A stretch of DNA of 63,994 nt, counting the filler, from Streblomastix strix (lineage: Eukaryota): NCBI GenBank assembly GCA_008636045.1. It is 4 parts of 4 records of this genome, joined end to end, with 100 filler letters (N's around TTAATTAATTAA, not from the genome) between each part and the next. Parts side by side here need not be neighbours in the genome. Positions count along the whole stretch, not along the records: positions 48,295 to 63,994 come from SNRW01000948.1; 3 more parts are not named here. One strand, written 5' to 3'. Both the position numbers and the translations under genes were made by a program. The notes beneath the pieces are model-generated. The model saw only the letters and a list, made by a program, of their open reading frames with translations. It was not told the DNA's origin and did not search any database. Positions 54,642 through 63,994 of the stretch are shown here, piece by piece. How positions within the stretch are numbered: the stretch's first letter is position 1; each line of letters starts with the position of its first letter.

Positions 54642-56948
54642 TCAAACTTTTTATTCCTATTACAACTATTACTATTGCTATTACCATTGAGCCAACTTTA
54701 TCTAATTCAGATTCACCGTTTTCATTCTTCCAGTGATCCTAACAACATCATCCAACATCAGACCATATTTCTACTTAAGATCCTCGGCTTCTTTCATCTC
54801 CTTCTGAATTCTTATCATTAGAGTGTACTTCTATAATAAGTCATTAGCTGTTGGTCTGTAGTATGGATCTACTTTTAACATGTCTCGCATCATTCCAATA
54901 CATTTGGGTGAATATTCTATTGGGTATTCATCTACTAAGAGATCATCTACAGATTTCTGGTCAAGTCTGGAGTTGGAATGTGAAGAAAAGGAAATGTGAA
55001 GAAAAGGAAATATGAATAATAATAAATAATAAATAATATTAATTTAAATGAAATTATATAATAAATGATGTGATTCTAATATTTGAATCACACTTCTTAA
55101 TCTAATCTGTATCGATGCTGAAAGGATTTCTGAATAAATAGTAATAACAAAATAAATAATAAAATAAATAATAAAAATATTTAAATGAATATTAATAAAA
55201 TTTAAACATATTTAAATGATAGTAAATTCTAATTAATTAAATAATTTCACACTTCTTACTCATGAGTTCGTACATTACAACGCCCAAAGACCAGATATCG
55301 ATCTTTTCACTCATACTATAAGCGTGTTTATGTACTTCAATGGCCATATAAGGCAATGTTCTTATTTTATTAAATAATATAAATTAATATGAATTAATGG
55401 AATAAGGAAAAGAATTATTGGTAATTGAAATATTTATTATAATGGAATAAGTTATATAATATTTATAATATTGGAATAAGTTATATAATTATTTATAATT
55501 TTGGAATATATTATATTGTAATTTAAATATATTTTTGTATACCCAGATATTTCTTAGAACATTAGTCCTTCCTTTCTCTGTTGTGATATAATAAAAATAA
55601 ACCAAATAAATTAATTGCTATTAATAAATAATACCAATTAATTAATAAATAAACATTAATTAATAAATTATTTATAATATATATAATTGCAATATATATA
55701 ATAATTCAATCAAATATTTAATAACTCAATCAAATAATAATTCATACTGTGCATTCTCCGAAATCGCATATTTTAAGAGTAACAAATTCTGAATCTTCTT
55801 CATTATGTAATAGAAGATTAGAAGGTTTAAGGTCCCTGTGTACAAATCCTTGTGAATGTATTATGCTTATTCCTTTCACTTGGGTAAATATAAAGATATA
55901 TAATATATTAATAATAAAATAATTTTCATTTAAATTTAATTAGAAAAAAAAGATTTTTAATTTAATATATAATTTAATTAAAATATATTTGAATTTTTTA
56001 ATAAAACAAACAAATAAAATCATTAGCAATTCATACATGCTTAATACATGATAATTCCAAGTGCTTATTCAGGAAGAGGTTCTTTTGATCGGATAAGTTG
56101 TGTCAGTGGCTTCAATATTACATATAAACAGAAATTAATTAATAAACAAACAACAATTAGAATTTAATTAATAAAAATATATTAAACAGAATTTAATATG
56201 AATAAATAAATAAATTAAAAAAATATTAAACATTAATGCAAATTAAAATGAATTAATGAATATAAAATAATATAATATATAAATAAGCAAACTCCCATAT
56301 TTGCATATTCCATCAATACAATAATATGACTCATCATCTCTTTTTTACCAAGAAATTTCACAAGGTTTTCAGATGGAACTCTAATAAATAATAAATTTAA
56401 ATAAATTTATAATATATATATAATTAATTAAGTTAATATAATATATTTAATTAAATTAATATAATATATTTAATTAAATTAATATAATACATTTAATTAA
56501 ATTAATATAACATATTAATATACTTCTACAATATTTCCTTATTGATCCATTCTCTATTTAAATATTGTTCCTTCTTCTGGACTTTGGCTGCTCTTCTGAT
56601 CCCATCACCCAAATCAACTACAAATACCCAACCAAATGCACCACGAGCTGATATTAATTGAATATTAATTGAATATTATTGAAAATAAGAATAATGGAAT
56701 GAAAATAAAAATAATGGAAAATAATGTAATGAGAATAAGATTTTTATTTGGATTATTCTTTATGAATAAAACCTATTGATTCTTTCACCTGAAAAATGAA
56801 ATTTAGCAGACAATAATTATTTAATTGAAGTATAAATTTTTATGCAAACCAGACAACCGGCATCTTGAAGCACTTTCGTTTCAAACTGGATTGTGTAGTC
56901 GTCCATATTCACAGTTGGAGGAGCTGGAACAGCAGGAACAACAGCCAT
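54642..56948 (-). CDS. Multi-exon Ser/Thr protein kinase
   Basis: ARGAFGWV, RAAKVQ, MEYANM, HRDLKPSNLLL, KICDFG, TLPYMAIE, DIWSLGVVMYEL, VDPYYRPTA. First in-frame TGA at 54642-54644. Confidence 0.88.
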
Positions 56949-57702
56949 TATGAATGAAACTTTATAAAATTAAATTATAAAATTGAGTTTAATCATATAT
57001 ATTATTAGATGAACATAAATAAGAACTTCAGTAAGATTAAATTAAGTATTAATATTTTCAATTTTTATTGTATCCAATTCCGTATAATAAGAAGTCCAAT
57101 TAGGAAATTTAATAGTAATATCAATTTATCCATATATTTAAGGTATGAAAATATAACAAAATAAATTGGAATATAAATTTATTATAGTTAAAAATGAGTT
57201 TTAAGATTATTCAATTAGTCCTGCGGTTTTAAAATATTTACAATTATTTGATATAAAATTAAGATAGTAATAAAATGCTGAATTCGTGATAATATGTTAT
57301 GAATATAATTTTTTCTATTTTGTAAATATCAAACCAAGTCTTATTAATCTTTCTAATTAATTATTATTTCTAACTTCTTTCTTTAGAAATATTTTATTTA
57401 TTTAATTAAAGATATTTAGTCAATAGAATCATCAAATACTTTTTAATAATTTCAATAAAAAATACATTTTATGTGTCCGATCAAAAAATAAAGTTCTAAA
57501 TAAGTTCCAAATTTAAATATTACACATTCTTGCTTTATGCTCTTACTGCAAGTATCTATATAAGTAATATTTTGATGACAACAATAGCAATCTTATTCTA
57601 TTTCGCATATAAACAAAGAATTATTTTATTTCCTTAGTTTTTCCTCATATAACTGATTGAAATTGTTTATATTTTGCTTTTTTATATTTATAATTTTAAT
57701 AG

Positions 57703-58124
57703 ATGACAGAATAATATCGCGATAATTTCAACTACGCGAACCCCAAATACTACACCGATAAAAGTTTGTTGACAAGCGCTGTAAAGAACACAATGAGCCA
57801 TGGAATTCCAGGAAGAGGCAAAGGTTAGCTATCCACATCAGATGCACGCATGTGGGGATGCCTTATTTATTTTATCTGTTTTGCGGTATGAAAATTCTCT
57901 TTCAACATTTTTGATTTTATTTTTAAAAAATTGATTTTCTTTAGGGATATCAACGTTGGTACATAGGCGATAGGTGCATGTGTTTTCTCTGTTGTATGAC
58001 TGCTGGAGGCTGTGGGATTGGCCAGTGTGTAGACTTATGCTGCGTCCTACCTGGCCGAGTCGAAGAAATAAACTCTGATATACGCCGTGCTGCCCACAAA
58101 GCTCATGACGCAAACCGACGCTGA
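57703..58124 (+). CDS. Small Cys-rich TM2-domain protein (paralog A)
   Basis: ARMWGCLIYFICFA|GYQRWYIGDRCMCFLCCMTAGGCGIGQCVDLCC resembles TM2 GxHRFYLG...TxGxxGIGxxxD; one intron. Confidence 0.75.
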
Positions 58125-58854
58125 ACTTAAGAAGAGAATATTTGCCTTATTTGCTTCAGAATAAGGTGATTTATTATCATTCACATGACAAAATCGATAC
58201 ATAGCGAACAAAATCGATTTTTTTATTTTATTTCAACAAGTTGTTTTTTAATTATATTGAATTATTTAAGTTTATAATTATTATTTTTATAGACTATTTC
58301 ATATCAAATAGTCGAGTGTAATAATAAAAATCATCTAGGTTAATATTTTATGATATGATCAATGCAAGAAAATTTTATATTTATATTATTAATTTTTATG
58401 AGAATTATTCTATTTCTAAATCTGAAAAAAATATTATATGTTTTTTTATTTGAAGTTCTACTGATTTTATTATATTAAAAATTGCGTTCAAATTTTTATA
58501 TATTTTTGTTGAAACTTGATTTGACAAGTGTGCCATGTAATTCCATTATTATTATCATTAAACTGTCGGATATCATTACTTCCATTAAATTAATCTAACT
58601 GCAAGTATTATGTCCTAATTGAAGTTGAGATCTTTTAATTTATAATTAAATAGAAGCGCCCGCTAGCTAATATATATATATTGTAATTTATATAATCATA
58701 ATGAAATAATCTCATAATTGTATATAGGTTGATGATAACACCAAACGCATAGTTTCTTTTTCGACTTCAAAATTGATAAAAATATATTTTTTTTTAGATT
58801 TATATCTTTTTTGTTTGCAACCTCTCATTTTTTTTCTCTTTGTAGTTATTCAAG

Positions 58855-59183
58855 ATGACTGAAGTATTGACTACATCAAACGCACGTGTATGGGGATGTC
58901 TTGGATGTGTATTTGGCGTTTAGGTATTAATTTTTTCTTTCATTCAATAGTTTTATTATTTTTCTTTTCTTAATTCTCTCTATTGATTCTCTTTGTCTTC
59001 TTACTTTAAAAGGGTTGCCAACGCTGGTATGTTGGCGATAAATGCTGTTGTGTACTGTGTTGTTTGACTGAGGGAATTGGTGGAATTGGCCAGATTATTG
59101 ACATGTGCTGCCTGATATCTGGAAGGGTCAATGAGGTGAACAATATTCGCCAAGCAGCTCACAAATCATCAAACAATTATTGA
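58855..59183 (+). CDS. Small Cys-rich TM2-domain protein (paralog B)
   Basis: ARVWGCLGCVFGVQ|GCQRWYVGDKCCCVLCCLTEGIGGIGQIIDMCC; intron at the same position as in paralog A. Confidence 0.75.
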
Positions 59184-59789
59184 GAATTAACGAGGGTCTT
59201 AGGAATACACTTAGCAACATATTTACCAGCGTTGAAATTATTACTAACAAGGACGAAAATGTTAATTTATCTATACTAATTCTAACAAAGTTTAAGATTG
59301 ATTTAATTTTATATGTAAGTTATTAATATTTGATATCTGCAAGTCGCTTTAATTTAGTAACTAATATATAGGTTCATCAACATTATCAATTTAATATTAA
59401 ATTTTAGTTTGTTTTATCAGAGATGATTAAAAAATAGTTATTAGTGAAAAATAATTAAAATTGAGCATATTAATACATGATATGATGGATGATTAACTAT
59501 TTAATTAAATCCATTCTATGATTAAATGAAATTTTAATTCAACCTCATTTTCAAAGTATTAATACTTACAATATATTATTTATACCTTTTATTCTCATTA
59601 ATATAAATAATAATAAGGTAATAGAACAAGAATTTTTCCATAATATGAGTAAATGTAGCTTATTGAATTCGAATAACATTATTTTTATTAAACTCAACTT
59701 ATGTTCCTAATTTTAGATACAAATCCATATTATTTTATTTAAATATCTAAATATTAATCTTTTGTTTAATATTTATTATTTAAAGTATC

Positions 59790-60536
59790 ATGACGATTGA
59801 ATTTAAGGATGTTAAACTTGCCCATGGTTCAAACGCGAATGCTGCAGGTGTTGGAACTCTAATCCTAGATAATACAAAGTTAATTTGGACCACTTCAAGC
59901 AGTTCATTCAGTGCAACTTCACAAAATTCTCTGGAAATCTCTTACAACGACATAGTAATGAACGGAACTCAATTAGAAAATGAAGAAGTGAAAGAAAGTG
60001 CTCTATTTATTCAAATAGCAGAAGAAGAAAATGAAGAAGATATTCCTGATGCTGAACAAGTGAGTTTTGTTCAATCTCTGAATGAGTGTATATAGAAGAA
60101 AGATTCAGTTGGGGAAATAAATGAAAAAACATCAGAAACTGAAAAAATCGAAATTAATGATGAAGAATCAAATACAACATATTGGTTTTATTTTGACAAG
60201 AATGCAGGTCTAAATCATTTATATACTTTATTATTATTATTATGCTTTAATTTCCACTATTATTATAATATAATAGTTCAATAAGCGTATGAAAAGATTA
60301 CAATCGAAATATAGCGTTTATCAGAAATGGAAGACTAAAATAATGGAATTCAATCTGCTGGTAATAACTTAATGTCTTTTATTGATTATAGTGATGATGA
60401 AGAAGAAGAAGGTTATGATGAAGAATAAGATAAAGATGATATAGAAGATAATAATAAAGAATAAGATAATGATGACAAAGAAGCAAAGAGCACATCTAAG
60501 AAAAGAAGGCGTGATAAAAGTCCAGATGATAATTGA
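59790..60536 (+). CDS. pICln/Voldacs-like PH-fold protein with acidic regions
   Basis: GVGTLILDNTKLIW...LEISYNDIVMNG...SALFIQI followed by acidic loop, YWFYFD, VQQAYE; acidic tail; one intron ~60208-60276. Confidence 0.65.
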
Positions 60537-61005
60537 ATTGTATATATTTTTATTTGTGTGTATGTGAACAATAAATAAATTAAATTAAAATAAAAATGTA
60601 AAAAAAGAATTAATTTTATATTGAAGATATTTTTCAATAGTAAATATATTTAAATTATTTGCAAATAATTTATATCTTTTCCTTTCTTTTTATAAACTAT
60701 ACTTCTTATTTATTTAATAAAATTGAATCATTTTGATCTGATTTACTTAATTTTAAATATTTATCAATAAACTCAAACATCAACAATCCAAATATTCAAG
60801 GTAATTTATTTACAATTTATTAACTGATGGCATATTCAATTACTATTTCCAACTTATAATCTTTATTAGTCATACTTTTATATTAAATGAATACTGTGTT
60901 TGAAGCTGGTTAGTGTTGAGATTATGATCAAAACAGATTCTCAATTTAATCGCATAATTACACACATATCATCATTGAATAGATAATATAGGAATGTAAG
61001 AAAAC

Positions 61006-61096
61006 AAATAATATCAGTAAGAGAAAGTGTTGATTCAGGTTCTGATTATTTAATAATAATATTCAGAATCAACACGTTCTCTTATTGAAATTATTT
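61006..61096. repeat. ~31-bp imperfect inverted repeat (hairpin)
   Basis: AAATAATATCAGTAAGAGAAAGTGTTGATTC (61006-61036) versus the reverse complement of 61066-61096, 3 mismatches. Confidence 0.8.
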
Positions 61097-62039
61097 CTTC
61101 ACTTCAATTCTTCAGAAATCTAATCAAATCTGGAATAATAATACATGTAAATATGTTACTAACTTTCAGAATCTACTTCGATCACTCATTACACTGACCA
61201 GATTCAAACTCGGTACTCATATGAACTAAGAAGTAGACCAATAGAGATTGGAAGTGAGAAGTAGTATTTGAAATTAATCATTGTGCAATCTTGAACAGCG
61301 GAAACTTGGGCATCGCGCTCGCTTCAGTCTTCAAATTCGTATTAGTCAAATAATCAAACGTATGCTTGAAATGTATGTGAATCTTTTGGCGGTTACAGTC
61401 ACTGTTCTGCTTCTTGTTTTAATAAAACATTTAGAATCATCGCGCCTTCGTGTGTCTCAGCCTTATGTTCGTTCCCATATGTAAACAATATCAAAGAAAG
61501 GATGTATAGTTAATATTTTCCAGCCGGAATCTTGAAAGAGGATGCCCACAAGACAGTTTACGCTTCGTAGTTAAAATAAAAAAAATGAATATTCACATAA
61601 ATGTATTTAGAATATACCTATAATAAGTAGGAAATATTATATCTTATGTTCATACACGTGCATATGCAGGTTTAATTTGTCTAAAATAAACGTGAATTGC
61701 TCAATAAATTAGATTTTAAAAAAGAGGGAAAATACCTCCAACTGCCGATTTGCATATAATCTTCTGGTGTGGAAATAAACTATCAAACATGTATGGATGA
61801 GCGTTGATAAGAAATATAGTAATTCGTCAAACAAATTATCCATTTCTGTTTCACGTTTCAACTTTTTAAGAAATATTTTTGGGTGGAATAAAAATTTTTC
61901 TTGTTGGAACACTCCAATCAAAATTTTACTTTTAAATAATATATTTAAAGCTTTTTTGTTAAATTTCATGCAAATAAATTCCATTATTTGAAATTTTTTT
62001 TTTATTATTCATAACGATAATTAACCTGATATAGTTTCT

Positions 62040-63187
62040 TCACCAATGGACAGCTTTCTCTCCAATCATGGTCACTGCTGTTGGATATGTGAGTTTCTTA
62101 AAAGAACGAATTGTACAAGTTGATTCTGAATAGTACATGTAAATCTAAATTTAAATAATAATATGAATTATATTAGATAATGAAAAATAATATCAGTCGC
62201 GTACAACAAAACGAACTTTGTCTTTAATTCCAGTTATGTATACTGGTTATTATACATTGTCTAGGAAGTATGTTAGTGTGCCTTTCTCTGAATTGTATTC
62301 CAATTTCACAATCTGATTGCTTCCGAATCCTATATTTCCTGGTGTTTAGTATCCTTTATAATAAATATAACCTCCCCAATTTCTAGTCAATTTAAGAAAG
62401 ATGAATTAAAATGATTAATAAAACAATAATTTTCAAACATTCCTGAAAAGACTGCAATATGTTTTTTTTCTAAAATGAATCAACTAAATATAAAATATAG
62501 AAAAATAAGAAAATATGAATAAACGAGGACTATTTTGCCAATGTGCTCTAGTTGGAATGCTGAATGAATTACGAACTATTCCAATCGCTGTTTATTAAAA
62601 TGTGAAATAATCAAAGTAAAAAAAAATAATAAATTTTTAACCTTCATTTCCATCACACTACACTGTATTGAACTCAACTTCCAATGAAGTTATACCATTA
62701 TCTAATATTTGGGTCAGAGAAATAGTATTCCAATTATTTTATTTCTTAGTTATTCTCTTCATCACTCCATCACCATCTGAAAATTCAATATCTATTGGAT
62801 CTGGATTATGGACGGCAATTGGATATCCTGATTTGATTGATGAATTAATATATGAATAAAAATAAAAGGAGCTTTTGAAATAACAAAAACGGAAAATTAT
62901 ATATATTTCTTTTTTCAAATTTAATAGTTAAATATACTTAGCGATTCAATAATTCTGTTAAATCTGGAATGGTTTTTCAACTGAAATGTCTTCTTATTAA
63001 TACCAACGAACTGAATTGCATTTGGAATAAATATCATTTCAGATAGAATGTCCAACATTATGTCTGGTCCAAGTCCAATCAACCCATTTATTATATTATA
63101 TTCCTTGGGAACAATATTTAACTAAATAAGGATTTCATCAGCAAGATTATCATATTTTTTGTTTAATCCAATCATCTAATTCTTTGC
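62040..63187 (-). CDS. SPRY/B30.2-like expanded-family protein (5' exon not resolved)
   Basis: LGPDIMLDILSEM, WNTISLTQILDNGITSLEVEF, AIGIVR, YYKGYQTPGNIGFGSNQIVKLEYNSEKGTLTYFLDNVQQPVYITGIKDKVRF, EKAVHW*. Confidence 0.7.
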
Positions 63188-63735
63188 TAAATAAAAATAA
63201 TGAATGAATAGTTAATGTTTTTATGATAAAAATAAGGGAATTTATCTGAAGAATAAATGTCAAAAAGTGTTTTAAAAAAATAATTGATTTGAAGCTTCTA
63301 TTCTTATTAATAGATGATAACATTAATTCCTGTTATAAAATAAATGCTAAATAATAATATTGCAATTTATTAAATTATATAATATGCAAAAATATTTTAA
63401 GTTTATTGAGAAATAGAACAATATTTATTGCGATCTCTCGTTTAAACCAATTGTAAGTAGAATAAGATATTTGGAACATTTAAATAAATCATTCATAAAA
63501 TAAATAATAAAATAAATTATTACCTGTTAATTATTGAAGAATGTCAGAAATTCTAAAACTCACATTTTAATTAATAAAATTTTATGTTTATTTTGCTTAT
63601 TATATAGTATTATATTTTTGAAACTGAAACACTGCTAATATTTGCTTACTGAATCTTTTAGGAATTAATTAATATTTTTATTGTTATATTCATTATCATT
63701 CTAATTTCTAATATCTTCTAAGTTTTTTTTTATTT

Positions 63736-63858
63736 TCATTTCCATTTCTTACCCCACTCCAATGCGCGAGATCCGGAACTGTGTTTTGCAGTTGACGCTG
63801 GAATTCGCTCAAATTTGATCAGTTTGAACGATGCTTCTCTCATACACGTATATGCCTG
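63736..63858 (-). CDS. Last exon of another SPRY-like family gene (truncated)
   Basis: AYTCMREASFKLIKFERIPASTAKHSSGSRALEWGKKWK* parallels the last exon of the 50779-52097 gene. Confidence 0.7.
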   Translation of the reverse strand, partial: QAYTCMREASFKLIKFERIPASTAKHSSGSRALEWGKKWK

Positions 63859-63895
63859 AGTATTTATTAATATATATAATATTGTGTATATAAGG

Positions 63896-63973
63896 AAAGA
63901 ATAAGATAATGATGACAAAGAAGCAAAGAGCACATCTAAGAAAAGAAGGCGTGATAAAAGTCCAGATGATAAT
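63896..63973 (+). repeat. Exact copy of ~60456-60533
   Basis: AAAGAATAAGATAATGATGACAAAGAAGCAAAGAGCACATCTAAGAAAAGAAGGCGTGATAAAAGTCCAGATGATAAT occurs twice. Confidence 0.9.
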
Positions 63974-63994
63974 GAATATAACAATAAAAATATT

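Noticed and set aside
56420..56520. ~22-nt AT-only tandem repeats (also a duplicated block at 53570-53740)
   Set aside because: Inside introns; ordinary slippage repeats.
63896..63973. Duplicated pICln-like 3' end as a real gene duplication
   Set aside because: Short exact copy interrupting another gene near the window end; more likely a chimera, not testable here.

Overview
AT-rich eukaryotic (protist) DNA with short GT-AG spliceosomal introns and a non-standard code: TAA/TAG read as Gln and TGA is the stop, so the supplied ORF track is badly fragmented. The code and gene families resemble an oxymonad such as Streblomastix (inference). The window is four unrelated ~16-kb contigs joined by artificial 100-nt N44-TTAATTAATTAA-N44 linkers. 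Contig 1 holds a ferredoxin-nitroreductase, a pseudokinase-like gene, a giant kinase-UIM-ARM-repeat-zinc-finger gene and a decayed hAT transposase. Contig 2 is almost entirely a decayed Polinton/Maverick-like cluster: two protein-primed-type PolB genes each with an HNH-like insert, an AEP primase-SF3 helicase bracketed by inverted repeats, a retroviral-type integrase, an AT-hook ORF, and no recognisable capsid genes. Contig 3 holds a Greatwall/Rim15-like kinase, RRP46 with an in-frame TGA, an F-BAR/2xSH3 protein and ELP3. Contig 4 holds a DIRS fragment, SPRY-like family genes, a PAP2 phosphatase, a Ser/Thr kinase, two TM2-domain paralogs and a pICln-like gene. All calls come from manual translation and motif recognition; no database search was run.
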